From NCBI GenBank assembly GCA_030390025.1, contig CM059446.1, positions 51,894,001 to 51,958,000 of the forward strand: a DNA stretch of 64,000 nt. Reading direction: 5' to 3'. Positions 11,908 through 25,079 of the stretch are shown piece by piece. This stretch comes from Squalus acanthias (Eukaryota). Positions within the stretch are counted from its first letter, which is position 1. Each line of letters starts with the position of its first letter. Made by a program: the position numbers and the translations under genes. Under the pieces are notes generated by a model, which saw nothing but the letters and a program-made list of their open reading frames with translations, was not told the DNA's origin and did no database searches.

Positions 11908-12640
11908 TGAGCACATAATCTAGGCTGACTGTACTACTGAGTGCCATCCTTTGGATAAGATGTTAAACCGAGGCCCCGGCTACCCGTTCTGGTGATTCAG
12001 GTGGGTGTTAAAAGATGCCATGGCACACTTTGAAGAGCAGGTGTCCTGGTCAACCTACTTCCCTCTTCTCATTTGCTGTTTCTGGGATCTTGTTGGGCAC
12101 AAATGTGCTGCTGCATTCACCCACATAACAACAGTGACTGCACTTTAAAAAGCAATTCATTGCATGTGCAGTGCTTTGGGACTCCCCGAGAGATGTGATA
12201 AATTGTTAGAAAGACTTGCATTTATAAAACGCCTTTCATGACCACCGGACGTCCCAAAGCGCTTTACAGCCAATTAAGTACTTTTCGAAGTATAGTCACT
12301 GTTGTAATGTCGGAAACGTGGCAGCCAATTTGCGCACAGCAAGCTCCCACAAACAGCAATGTGATAATGACCAGATAATCTGTTTTAGTGATGTTGGTTG
12401 AGGGATAAATATTGGCCACGACTCCGGGGAGAACTCCCCAGCTCTTCTTCAAAATAGTGCCATGGGGTCCACCTGAGAGGGCAGACGGGGCCTCAGTTTA
12501 ACGTCTCATCCAAAAGACGGCACCTCCGACAGTGCAGCACTCCCTCAGTAATGCACTGGAGTGTCAGCCTAGATTTTTGTGCTCAAGTCTCTGGAGTGGG
12601 ACTTGAACCCACTTTATAGAAATGGAAGTTTTTTTCTTTG
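11908..12640. mobile_element. Nested Deu-domain SINEs: an older + copy (11908-12207, tail remnant 12613-12640) interrupted by a younger - copy (12208-12612)
   Basis: The Deu-domain core (GTTAAACCGAGGCCCC...CCATGGCAC...) occurs in both orientations. The tail of the + copy (TATAGAAATGGAAGT) resumes after the - copy. Confidence 0.8.
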
Positions 12641-14269
12641 TCACATTTGAAGGGTGCTAGGGGACACAAGTGAAGGCAATGGCTGGAAAAGCTGATGGCA
12701 ATAAGAGTAGGAACTCTCAAAAAGCTTGGCCCTGAATGTATTCCACTTGCCAGCACTAATAGCTCTCATCTTGAAGGGAAAATTATGGTTTGCACATTTT
12801 AGATGATAAAGCCATTAATGAGAATGACACATTACATTGTTGCAATGAAGACACAGTTAGGGGAAGATGCATTGGGACTGTTTTTTAAACAGTTTCAACA
12901 AATGATTAACTATCTGAACTAAAGTTTTGATTGTTAAAAAGTATCTTTTTTGACTGCTGTTGATTTAATTGTGGAGTTCACTGGAGCAGTTACTGACTAC
13001 AATAGTGGGTGCAACAAAGCTGAATTTGTTTTCACATTTATTTTGTACAAGAAGTTTACACGCTCTCTCAGGTCAAGGTTTGATACAGAGCATGCACTGG
13101 ATTGAGATAACTGCAGGTAATTTACATTAGGGGTCACACATAGTTACACAGATCTGTACAGTTGGATGGTTGTGCTCGGTCTCAGTCGAGGGTCTGGGAG
13201 CTTGCAGGGGAGGAGAAATGCAAGAGGAATCAGTGGGGCAGCAGGTAGTGAATGTGATCGAATCTGAATTAAATTGTCCAAGAGTTGGAAAGCCTGGTTT
13301 CATACAAGTTAACTCTAGAAATCTAGTTAAATCAAGAAATAAATTGTTGTTGATTATTGTGGAATTATTTAAACTGACCAATTTGTTAAAAATTTACAAT
13401 TTTTGAGCAGCATTTTTATGCATTACTTTTCCTAATTTGTCTCACACACCTCTTATATATTTAGTTACATGGTATAAGGAGTAACATACCCTCTGTCTAT
13501 TGTATTTAAATATATACAAAGTTATTTTTGGACATACCCATTTCTATTTCGGGGCGGGAAGTTGGTCAGAAACAACATATTTAAGCAACAGGTGCCACAT
13601 GTTAGTGTCAGTTGATTCTGTGAACTTTGGCCTACACGACCCCTTTGGCCTACTTAGGGTAGAAGCCTAGCTCAGCGAGGTGTGACATCCTGGGTTATTC
13701 ACAGTCACTCACCTGCTGTATTCTTTCGGTACTCGGCACACATTTTATCCTGGAGTGCCCGAGGGGAGTCAGGATTTTCCTGACGTTCTTCAACCTCGGG
13801 TGGAACCAAACTCTTCACCCTTCACGTGCTGCGTCTTCGGGGTGTTTCTCTATGGACAATTTAGGGAGTGCAGAGGTGCAGTTGGTTGCCACGTGTGTAT
13901 AACGGTGCCAGTCACCAAACCCTACCAAATAGCTAGAGCTTTTATTCTGTACAGCCAGCAAAGTTGCGACTCATTCACACAAAGTCTATAAACTCAACCT
14001 CAATTCCTTCCCCCTCCTCTCCGGACGTCGTTGACTTTTGGAGTATAGTTGCACAGGCACTGGCATCCTCTGGTACCTCAGGCACGTAACCATTGGTCAC
14101 GGGTGAGGCAAGACATTATTGATCAACTACTCGACAGTGAAGGAGGATCACTGCTGAGCCAATCTTGTATTCACCCAACGTCCATACCTATGCAGTTTCC
14201 AGCACGAGTCACTGGCCGTCGATCAGGATCAGGTGGACTTTATAGAATATGTTTTATCGCTACGACAAC

Positions 14270-14690
14270 GGCAACTTGCATTTGGGTGACACTTTTCGCA
14301 TAACAAGTAGCTCAAGGCACTTTATAGGAGAGTAGAGGATACTGAGCAGGAAGTGGGAGAGAAGTTACGGGAGGGGATGGAAGACACAGTTAAAGAGGAA
14401 GGTTACGATGTGGTTTTTTTTGAAGGTAGATGGGTTTAGGAAGGGGATTCTAAAGTACTAACATCTCTTCCACTGATGGAATCTGATTAGGATGGGTGAA
14501 AGGTGCATGTTGGGATAAAGATCTAGACAGAGATGGGCAGGCAAGGCCACGGAGGGGTTTGAAAAGGAGAACAAGGAATTTCAAGTTGATACACGAGGGA
14601 TGGGGAGGCAATGGAGGTTGGCAAGGACAGTGCTGATGGATGTACAGAATAGGATGTGAGGAGTTGTGTTGGAGTGTAGATAGGGTGGAT
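14270..14690 (-). mobile_element. Decayed L2 LINE 3' end
   Basis: Colinear degenerate similarity to 40003-40500 (CAACTTGCATTT...GGCAAGGCCACGGAGGGGTTTGAAAAGGAGAACAAGGAATTT). Confidence 0.6.
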
Positions 14691-14691
14691 A

Positions 14692-15057
14692 TAGAGTCAT
14701 AACGGCACAGAAGGAGGCCATTCGGCCCATCGAGTACATGCTGGCTCTCTGTAGAGCAATCCAGTCAGTCCCATTCCCCCGCTCTATCCCCGTAGCCCTG
14801 CAAGGTTATTTCCCTCAAGTGCCTATCCAGACTCCCCTTGAAAACATTGAGTGTCTCCGCTTCCACCACTTCAGTCGGCAGCGAGTTCCAGGTCCTCACC
14901 ACTCGCTGCGTAAGAAAGTTTTTTCTCACATCCCCCATATCTCTTGCCCAAAACCTTAAATCTGTGTCCCCTAGTCCTTGTACCATCAACTAGTGGGAAC
15001 AGCCTTTCCCCGTGTAGCCTATCCAAACGCGTCATAATCTTGTACACCCCTATCAAG
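14692..15057 (-). mobile_element. CR1 LINE 3' end
   Basis: Minus-strand ORFs encode LIGVYKIM...RTRGHRFKV and [19 protein letters not shown]. Confidence 0.88.
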
Positions 15058-16084
15058 GCTTTTATATGGCATGGTGACTGCAGCAGTGTCATTCGGGGTC
15101 AACCACTGCTGAGGCACAGTAGACTTGTAAAAAGGACTGTCTGATGTAAAATCAGCCTTTGGCATGTGAAGAATTTACATCTATTAGTCAATAAATCACA
15201 CCACATCCTGGAGCCCTATCACTTCCAAAATGCTGCAGTTGTCTGCAAATGTACAGCTTACTGTCACAACTCAGCAGGTAACTGCAGTGTTAGCAAAATG
15301 AATCATCCTTAAGAGCAAACGATACACGATGAGGAAAAGGCAAAACTGATCAGGTCCCTGGAGCGAAGAATGCTTCTCATCAAGAAAAAAATGTGGTCTC
15401 ATGTCGGATGCTCTTCTCACTCCAGCCTCCAACCTCACTCTCTCGTTAAAATCTTTCTGGTCTGTTTTACTGATTCTATTCTACTATTCGTGCACCTCAG
15501 AAATGTCCTCTCTTGTTCTGCCTGGAAGGCTAATTCCCCAATCCTACACACTCTTCCTGCACCCAATGTGTTGATATGAAGACTCATCACACCATCTAGT
15601 ATAGCTTATTCTTTCTTTCTCAGAACCTGAAAACTACACCCAGCCAGCCATGATCGTAGGTACAATTGGGGGAGCCAACTGTGTAAGGTCCTCATATGTC
15701 GGGCCCTCCTGACTAATGGGAAAAACTATTGTAGGAAGCCACATAACCTATAAGAGATTGATCGAGTTGTGCTTTCGGGTTAAGGGTAAACAAAGGGCAG
15801 GATCTTGAACTGAAACCCTTGGGCTGAATAGAATAGAAAACAGAAAAACTGTGTGCAATCTGGGCTGGTTGAATTTACAAGCTGACAATTATTACACTAC
15901 TCATTCCTGCCGTTTAAATGTTTGTTTAAGTATGGAGCAGATGTTTGTGGAATAGTCTGAACAAATAGCACCTCCTAACATCTGGCAGACAGCTGGACTG
16001 AGAGATGCCTGAATTAACAAGTGCAGTGCACTGGCAGATAACAATGAGATTAAGTTCTGGTCACAGAATCCTAGGCAGGATATT

Positions 16085-16425
16085 ACTGCCCTTGGAGGGT
16101 GCAGATGGGGTAATGGCGATGATTCCAGTATCAGAAATGTTTAAGTTGTGAGGAAAGAAGTTGGCTTTGTTTGATTTGGAAATTGTGCGATTTTAAAGGA
16201 AATTGACTAAATTGATTCAAGTTGTTCACCGTGGCGAAGGGTTCAAATCCCAGGGACACGTTAAAAATTAGGAAGTTAGAAGTAAGAATGGAAGTTGAGG
16301 AAACTTTTTTACCCAAAGTTTTTAATAAACTACCAGAGAGGGAGATTGAAGGAGACAGTATAGATGAGGGCAAGAAAACAATAGATGTGTTTTTGGAGAC
16401 AGAAGGGATTGAGGAATATGTTGAA
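16085..16425 (+). mobile_element. Old, decayed CR1 3' fragment
   Basis: Residual CTTGGAGGGTGCAG... and KVFNKLP/EGIEEY-like sequence, colinear with the CR1 ORF2 end. Confidence 0.5.
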
Positions 16426-17509
16426 ATACTGTGTAATTGAGATTTGGATCTATAAAGAAAATAGCTTAAGAGCTAAAAATTATGTTCTCATTCATTTTTG
16501 GAAGTCCAAAGATGTTTGGGTATTTCTAAAGCCAGATCCAAATATTAATTCCTGATCATGCCCTGGACAAGGACAACTCTCTCACTGCAATGCTGGGGAA
16601 TACTGATACAAACTTCCCAACAGTAAAAGTCCAGTTTTGATGCTGCATTTAAAAGAACTATGTGTGAGCAGACCCATTTTGCATATGCACAAAGGGGCAT
16701 CTCTATGTCCCGTCTCCATCTCATTTTTTTTAATTGGGCAAAAGCCCTCATCTCTACTCTTTATTGGAACTGTTTGTGTGACTCTCTGTTTACCAATGCT
16801 GCCAATCATTGCTCCTCTGAGCTTTCCTCTTGTGTTCTTCCTAATTTTAAAATATACTGTTTCGAATTAAAAAATAATCCAGCTAATCTTTGCCCAGGTG
16901 GGTGGGTCATTGCTTGTTGTAGTACCCCATACCAGCCAGTATATTTTCTACCCTCCCCTCTGCCGATTTTTCAGCAGAAGTAGAGTGTGCAAGGTGGGAA
17001 ATAGTTTGGGCTGCTCACGCTCAACATGATTTTCCGCTGGAAGTAATGAATGAAATATATATAGGGGCAAGGATATAATGATAGCAATATGTCATCTGCT
17101 GTATTGTTCATTCTGGCCGCCAGAGCCAACCCCCCGCAACCCGTTTGTGCCTGGTATCCAACATTGCTGTGGAAAGAGGTTATTTAAATTTAAACTCTCT
17201 TTGGACAATGGATTGCACCGACTATAGCGTGAAATTTGAAAGCGTAAACGTTTTTTCTGAGCTTTTACTCGCAGCACTCGCACTGCGGCCGCTGGCAACA
17301 TTACACGAACAGATCTCCGGCCCTCCATCCAGGTGGACCGTCTGGCGGAAGCCGAGGAGCCCAGCACAAACAATTACGTACATGATTTAATGGCTGGAAA
17401 ATTGGCCAGGGCGGGGGTGTATCGTTGAGGTGAGTGGAAGCCCCACGATGCTGCAAGAGCCGAATAGCTAGGCCACCAGCTAACCGACTTAATTTTGTGA
17501 AGGAAAACC

Positions 17510-17534
17510 TATATATATATATATATATATATAT
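17510..17534. repeat. (TA)n microsatellite
   Basis: About 12 TA units, seen directly. Confidence 0.95.
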
Positions 17535-18755
17535 GTTCAATAAATAAATACATAGGGTTTGGTGGCACAGGCTGATGGGACAAAAGTCTCTTCTTTCTGC
17601 TGTCTGTAAGGTTCCTACATGAAATGAATTTGGAATTAATTTACAGCACTAAACTGGCCCCAAGTTAACACTAAAATGGCAAGCCTCATCACGGAAACCA
17701 CAATGATTTGTGATCCCAGGCCAGGTACCGCACTAAGAAGTGGAAAATGACTCCTGCCCTCGTCATAAACATTGCTTACTTTATAAACACATTTTATAAA
17801 TATACTAGCTAATCTCCCATAATATTGCTCATGGTGAATTGAAGGATGGAGTTTTATAATGGGGTGTTATTGATAAAATGTGGCAGAGAAATGTTATAAG
17901 TGTGGCAGAGGTAGTGCGCGCTACTCGCAAGCCTTTTAATAAATAAATAGTTTAGGTTGTAAGGGTAGATAGGCATTTTGGAGCTGTGTTTGTTTATTTT
18001 TGGGGTTCAGGAAGTATTTAAACACACCTTTCCCTTAAATAGGTGAGTAGAATAGGTGTAGATTATGTATGGCTATAGGAGATTTACAGTCTGTCCTCAA
18101 TCAGTTTTCTAATGGTCTTGGGAAACACAAGTCAAGGTGCAGTGGAGAAATGCCAGCCAGAAGTAATTTTTCCACTGGATTTTTCCCTGCATTAGTCATG
18201 AGCTGTGCCTGTCTCAGGTGTGCTCTATCCCCACCTGCGTTGCAAGGCATCCTTTCTGTAATAAGGCTCTTTTTCTTGTTTCAGTTTTTCATGTTCCATG
18301 TAATTGTGCAATGAGATGAAACATGTGTGTTGTGCATACCTTGTTCAACAAAGTAGTTGTTCAAACTTGGCTCTAAGATTAATGGGAATAGAATGTAAAT
18401 TTCAATTAAATGGGGTCTGACCTGATCATTTCCTTTGAACAAATGAGTTCTCATAAATGCCCATAAGTAGCATTTAGCAAAAAAAAATCATATTGATTCA
18501 TTTTGCTGCTTAACTTTAAAAAAAACTTTAGAATTGTGATGTCCAATATAGTGCTAATAAGGTTGAGATTGTTGCATTCCTTCCACGTGCGACATCAGCT
18601 ATTTACAGGGTTTTGTTTAAATAAGTAATGAGGAAAAAAATAGGTTGATACCAGTTGTAGAGTGCAGAAAAGCAGAATAAAAGATCCAACCTCTATGTAG
18701 CTTCATTAATACCTCTCTCCATCAAGGTAAACGAGACATAAAACTTCCCTAACTT

Positions 18756-18782
18756 TGGGGGGGGGGGGGGGGGGGGGGGGGG
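18756..18782. repeat. Poly-G tract (~27 nt)
   Basis: Homopolymer seen directly. Confidence 0.9.
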
Positions 18783-20499
18783 AAGAAATCAGCAAGTCAT
18801 CTTGTGCCATTCTTATCTGGTGGTTCTGTGCAGCATTAACAAAAGTGCTGGGAGCAGGTCTCCAGATTATTTTCAGACCCATCAGTCCCTGCTCACTCAG
18901 ATTTAGAAACGTTTCAGTGGGTCTGTGAACCACCTCTCACTTGCTGAACATAAATCTCACTCTTAATATTTCCCCATCCCTGCTAACAACTCTCAGGTGG
19001 TGGTAGCGTGGGGACAAAAACCAGGCCAAAGGAGGAGCATCATTACTCTTCGGATTTACCGTGCCACAGCTCAGTCTGTACTTCCCTGCTGGGACATGTC
19101 TGCGATTTGGAGCTTAGCATCTGGCACATCACAATATCCTGCCACTCCGGTGCAACGGGGTGGTGCCCAAACCACAGTGCAGCAGTAATAATGGATTGTC
19201 TTAATAAATCTGAAGCTAATAAATTCCAGTAAAATGAATCCAAAGCCAAGTAAAGGTCTGATCCTAGTTAAATATTGCATTTTGCTGACATGGCTTCAGT
19301 TTCAATACTCCATGAGAAGGTGCCATTGATTCTTTGGGATTTTCTTTGGGAGAAGGTAATAATCAAGGGAATGTTAAATTACAGAAAAGGGAAGCAAAGG
19401 ACACGGTGCCTGACTATGGTAAAACAACACACAGCATTTAATTCCTCTGGAATCTAGGGCAGGGGAATTGGTCAAAAAGAAAACACTTTTCACCAACCTA
19501 ACAATTTTCCTCATGTTTTTAATTCCATCTCTCATAATTATAAGACACACAGGCTGTAACTTGATAACTGAAGGTTAGTTGGGTGCAGCCAGAATTAGGA
19601 GCAGCAAATATCAACACAGATGAGATTGCTCACTTTGTTGGGTCTAGTCCATCATGAAGGCATAGCTGCTGCAATCACAAATACCAGAGGGTTGGAAGAA
19701 CTTCAGTGATCCACCTCGCTTCAGATGCTGCTTCACAAAATATACCTCGTTTTGATTCTCAGTTCTTCAAATATGGCTCACGCCTATTTCTTCAAAGATG
19801 GCAAGCATGCCATTTGCAATTGGGAGTCAATATTCAACCCAAGTCATCAGAAACTTGGGAAGGTGATGGTTTTACTCAAGATCTGTTGGATTTTTTTTTT
19901 TTAAATTTGGTGTGCAAATGTTATGATTCATCTACAGTCTGTTCCTCTTGACTGTATTTGCTGTCTGTATAGTTACATCCTCTGTACTGGAATTGAGAGT
20001 CATTGGGGGTACTGTCTCCAACTCTAACTATCCCAGGACCTCAAAACTGTGGAACTGCTTATCTGCTTCAGTTTTTCCCCTTCTACAAATCACAGACTTT
20101 TAACTCAACTTGGCATCAGCTAATCACTACTTCTTGATCTTACTCAGCTACTTTTTTTTAATCTTACTCAGCTACTTTTTTCAACATTGGTGCTGTTTTG
20201 CACTGTAGACCTTGACCCTTTATCTTGGTTTCTCAAAAGAAAACTCTCATTAAAGCTCTATAGATCATTGTATTCTTTTAAACTTCTAAGTTTTTATCAT
20301 CTTCCTTCGAAGGTAATTTCTGAAACTCCAAATCTGGAAACCTTAACAAAATTAGAACTAGAATTAATCAGTTTATGCCTTGATACATTGTGGGAATGTG
20401 TGGGTCACACATTTTGTCCAACTAAACTTTATATTTTCTAGTTAAAAATCACACTGAGCAGTCTCACTCCAATGGCCATGGTCCCCAATTTGCACAACT

Positions 20500-20942
20500 A
20501 TTAAGCCATGGCAAAGTGATCGCACTCTCACCTCTGACTAAAAGGGTTATGGATTCAAGTCCCACTCCAGAGACTTGAGCACAAAATCTAGGCTGACACT
20601 CCAGTGCAGTATTGAGGGAGTGCTGCACTGTTAGAGGTGTCGTCTTTTGGACAAGACGGTAAAGCGAGGCCCCATCTGTCCCCTCATGTGGACGTAAAAT
20701 ATCCCATGCCACTATTTCGAAGAAGAACAGGGGAGTTCTCCCCGGTGCCCTGGCCAATATTTATCCCTCAACCAACATCACTAAATACAGATTATCTGGT
20801 CATTATCACATTGCTGCCATGTTTCCTACATTACAACAATGACTATAGTTTTTTTAAATAAGTGCTTCATTGGCTGTAAAGCACTTTTGAATGTCCTGAG
20901 GTTGTGAAAAGTGCTATATAAATGCAAGTCTTTTTTCTTTTT
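20500..20942 (+). mobile_element. Near full-length Deu-domain SINE (SacSINE1/AmnSINE1-like)
   Basis: tRNA-like head (GGATTCAAGTCCC, B-box-like), Deu core GGGAGTGCTGCACTG...GAGGCCCC...CCATGCCACTATTTCGAAGAAGA, and an L2-type tail GCTATATAAATGCAAGTC. Confidence 0.88.
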
Positions 20943-21137
20943 AAACTAACCACCTCCCTCAGACCACAGGATGGCTGGTGAAAAGAACAAAAAAAAGTCA
21001 CCTTGGTGTCATAGGGGTGTTCCTCATTAGCAGCTTAAGACTGGATTAGAACGTGCAAGTCAAATACACAGCGTGGGTGAATGTACTAAACAAGGAGGAA
21101 TATTGAGACATACATACCAATCCTCAGATTTACAACC

Positions 21138-21143
21138 TTTATT
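21138..21143 (-). terminator. Candidate distal ABHD2 polyadenylation signal
   Basis: AATAAA on the - strand, preceded by U-rich UTR-like sequence and followed ~18 nt later by a GU-rich element (TTGGTATGTATGTCT). Confidence 0.5.
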
Positions 21144-23935
21144 TCAACAATTCAGAACTCAAACCCACAAATTCAGAAAAAACAGTTCTATAAAATTCTG
21201 CAACAATTTTAATGCAATAAAGAAAATAGTTACTTTAAAGTGTAACTATTTAAATACATTGCACAATTCCACATAAGTCAATAAGCAAATTGTTTTAAAA
21301 ATCAACACGAAAAGAACAAAATTCCATCTCATACATGTAGGTAAACATTGTGATGTTCAGAACATTGCATTGCTAGTTGCTTCTTGCTGTAATTCCCTAT
21401 TGATTTTGTGGTACTGAATAAAACTCAGATCTCACTTGATAGTTTGACTGTCCTGGAATAACAGATCAAACAGGCCATTGTCCCAGTGGGTTTTCAAAGG
21501 GTCTCCAATACCAGACACCAACCTTCCAAGATGAATACATACTCTTTGGCATGAGATGTACCAGTCTGATGGATGCAGCTAGGGCATCCAATTGTTGTAG
21601 TCAGGACCGCGACTGTGTTTTATTTTGGGTGATTTGGAGACAATCATCTAGAATACCTTGTCTTTCAGCTCCCCACATGCATACAAACTTTGAATTAGGC
21701 ACACCTGCATATTCAAATGCAATCTTTACTCCTCCCCCCCCCCCCCTCCCCCCAGGTCTGGTACTTTGGAGGCTCAGGCCCCTAGATTATGATCTCTTCG
21801 AGTATTATTCTAACACCTGTCGCCTCGTCCTAGATCCTGTTTACAGGCATGTTGTTCATTCAGGATCTGATAATTGGCACTCTGGTATTGGTCATCTCTA
21901 GCTCTATTTCAAGTCTGTCCATTTACATACCCCATCTGGTGCACAGATTGTGCAGAATGTTGTGCAAGTGTCAAAGTGTGAGGCAAGTGAAATGGAGACC
22001 ATCCATTTAAATCACATGAATCCAGCAAACATGACCTCTGCTCCTTCTATAAACAGGACTAAGAGCTACAGCAACAGCTACAAGATAAAGGAAAACTGGA
22101 CAAAAAGGAGCTCGTTTCTCGTTAAATTACACATTGAAACGCGAAGGACTACAAATAAAGATTTATGCTGCCAGTTTGCAAAAGGCCGTAATATTTTCAT
22201 TAGCATTTCTCAACTTCATTAAGTGAATACCTTTCAGCATGAATAGACTATCTGTCTCCCAACTACAAAAGGCACAATTTCAAGCCCCAGGGCAGCTCAA
22301 TCACTTGAATTTGCTTGCCTCATTTGGGTGGGTTTCATCCATAGAGTCAAATCCAAAGAGGGAAGGTCAACGGACACTGCTTTTTTCTGTGCACATCTTT
22401 TATCCTTCATCTTTCTCCTCCAGTTTCTGGTCTCCGAGTCTTGCAACAAATATAGCAATGAGGCATAAGCAGGCCACTCCTTCTCTTGCCTCCATCTATG
22501 CTGCTCTGAACCAGTTGCTGGAAATGGGTGATTACTCTCTCCCCTCCCTCTCTGAGGAACAGCATCTGGCCTCTGCTCAATTCTTCTACACAGCGATTTG
22601 CGAACCTGGTGGTGTTAGAAAACACACTCAAACCCTCATCCCACTGTTCCATCTCACTGCGCGTTTGCACCAGAGATTGCTAGTTCTGTCCCCACCCCAT
22701 TTCTTGGCAGTCAATCACAGTGTGCCAAAATCTGGCAGTGAGAGATTGTGGCTCATGACTTGCAATCTCCTGACTGGAGATGCTTGGCGGTGAACAGGAT
22801 GAAAGTATGAATGAGGAAGAAACAAGAAAAATTATCTTGTTATTCTGCCCTACACTGTTGAATATTCCTAAATAGAAATTTTAAAGACATGACAAATAGA
22901 TATACTCGAGGTTTATCCTAAAAAAGCTAAATGGTAAGGATGTCCAACCACAATGCTAAAATATAACTCATTAGGACACGATTAAAAAGGTTAATTGTAT
23001 TTTTCAGGTCAGGACTCTGGTAGAACTTCAGCACTAAATATAAAAAGGGGCAAGGCACAAAATCACCCATCCAGGCTTACAGTTCAAATTCAACCAGACA
23101 AGGAGGGAAAACCTCTTTTCATTGGAAAGCTGTTATTGATGGTAAAGTAAAGGGAATTGAGAGAGAAACAAATCAAATCTGAACAGAAAATGGTCTACAG
23201 CTCTTACAATTTACAGTTAGAGAGAAGACTCTCGTTTCCAATTACAAAATAAAAACAGAAAATATTGGAAATGCACAACATGGTCAGCATCTGAAAGAGA
23301 GACATGTTAAATATTTCAGGCAAGTACTGAATGGGTCCCCATCAGAAACCTTCTCTCTGTCTTTTCCCTAAATCTCACTAGTGTACATTACCACATTATT
23401 CAGAAAGCTCTATAGTGGAGCCTTATATGACACAGACCAAGACAAGCCAAACAAAACGGTGCTTCTAACCATACTTGTAGAACGATAGCTATATCGGTAC
23501 TACAGCAGGAACCAACTGGGAGCTGGTAAATGTTTGCTTATTGTGGGGCACTGCCAGAAATGTCCTCTGATTTCAAGAGATATTTTTTAAAGCTGTAGTG
23601 GTTTTCATTTTTCTAAATATTATGTTAATTATTCCTTGAGTTCCCACCAATATTCCTTATTTTTATTGGACATTATTGCAGATCGGAGCTGATCAAAATG
23701 TTTGTTAAGCAATGTTAAGGAACATGCAACACACAAAAAGGACTAAAGCTATACACCCGCTTTGAGAGGGGCAAAGGGAATTGTTTTTAAAAATAGCTAA
23801 CTTAAGCAGTACCAGTCATACAGCTCTAATAAAATCTTTGTATACTCACATTCTGAACAAGTTCACATCAAAAACTGCTTTATTTGGAAATAAATGATGC
23901 GACTTAAATCCACGCACCAATCTACAATATACATA

Positions 23936-24360
23936 CAGGAAACTTTCGTTTATCCGGCATCGACGGGACCGGCGTGGTGCCGGTTTATCGAAAGTACCGG
24001 ATAACAGAGAGTTATATCTACCGAGGCTATTTTTAACAAAGAGACTCCAAGCAGCACGGGAGAATCTACTCATGCTACTGCAATGTTTCGGACTTGCGAC
24101 AGCGCCAGGAGGCCGAGTAGTGGCACTTTTGAAAAGTACCCCTACTGACTAAATCGGCGTTCGCGGACTCAGACTCGGACTCGGGATCGGCAACATTGCC
24201 GGTTATTTGAGAGGATTTTTCGGAGCACTCGGCGTTCGCGGAGACTCGACTGCGACTCGGCAACATTGCCGGTTATTTGAGAGGAGTTTTCGGAGGATGA
24301 TTTTTGCTGGTTAAGCGAGAATTCCGGATATTTGGGTGCCGGATAAACGAAAGTTTCCTG
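23936..24360 (+). mobile_element. Tc1/mariner-superfamily (pogo/Tigger-like) MITE, copy 1, 425 bp
   Basis: Perfect 24-bp TIRs CAGGAAACTTTCGTTTATCCGGCA. TA duplications at 23934-35 and 24361-62. Internal ~70-bp direct duplication. Confidence 0.93.
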
Positions 24361-24626
24361 TATTTGGACCCCATCAATCAGATGAATATGGCAAGCTTTT
24401 TATTAAAAATATATACTGGACTAATGCAAATCTTGAAGTTGTGTGCGGGTTGTACTTGTAAATCGTTCACAGTGCAAGTGAACAGTGTGTCACAAGGATG
24501 ACAATGCACTCTGTTCACTGGTTTGTGCAATTCTTCTCCCTCTATGGTGGCTTCCTAAACAACCAGGAGGCATTTTACCTTGCAGTCAAAAACGGTCAAA
24601 AAAACAAAAGGTGCAAAGAAAAAAGG

Positions 24627-25047
24627 AAGACTTACATTTCTATAGCGCTTTTCACGACCTCAGGACGTCCCAAAGCTCTTTACAACCAATGAAGTACTAT
24701 TGAAGTGTTGTCACTGTTGCAATGTTGGAAACATGGCAGTCAATTTGCACACAGCAAGCTCTCACAAACAGCAATGTGCTAATGACCAAAATAATCTGTT
24801 TTTGTATGTTGATTGAGGGATAAATTTTGGCCAGGACACCGGGGATAACTCCCCTGCTCTTCTTCGAAATAGCACCCGGGATTTATTACGTCCACCTGAG
24901 AAAGCAAATGGGGCCTCGGTTTAACATCTCCTCCAACAGTGCAGCATTCCCTCAGAACTGCACTGGAGTGTCAGCCTAGATTTTTGTGCTCAAGTCTCTG
25001 GAGTGGGACTTGAATCCACAACCTTCTGACTCAGAGGCGAGAGTGCT
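24627..25047 (-). mobile_element. Deu-domain SINE, near full length
   Basis: Reverse complement of the 20500-20942 family, from tail (GACTTACATTTCTATAGCGC) to head (TTCTGACTCAGAGGCGAGAGTGCTAC). Confidence 0.88.
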
Positions 25048-25079
25048 ACCAGAGAGATTAGGGCATTGGGCAGAATTCA

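Noticed and set aside
17200-17330. Telomerase RNA or other known structural RNA
   Set aside because: The U-tract looked suggestive, but I found no CTAACCCT template or other diagnostic motif.
18756-18782. Functional G-quadruplex at poly-G/C tracts (also ~4326, ~8708, ~21734)
   Set aside because: Simple homopolymers that are common and length-unreliable in assemblies. There is no supporting context.
20500-20580. tRNA genes at SINE heads (also ~32255, 45750-45815, 8140-8200)
   Set aside because: Only A/B-box remnants attached to SINE bodies; no complete cloverleaf.
22239-22793. 184-aa + strand ORF, the longest in the track
   Set aside because: No recognisable domain or convincing exon context. 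It lies antisense to the probable ABHD2 3' UTR and is likely a chance ORF.
24075-24266. Duplicated 61-63 aa ORF (also 36604-36789) suggesting a small gene family
   Set aside because: Both lie inside the two MITE copies and start at TTG. The similarity reflects the repeat, and there are no transposase motifs.
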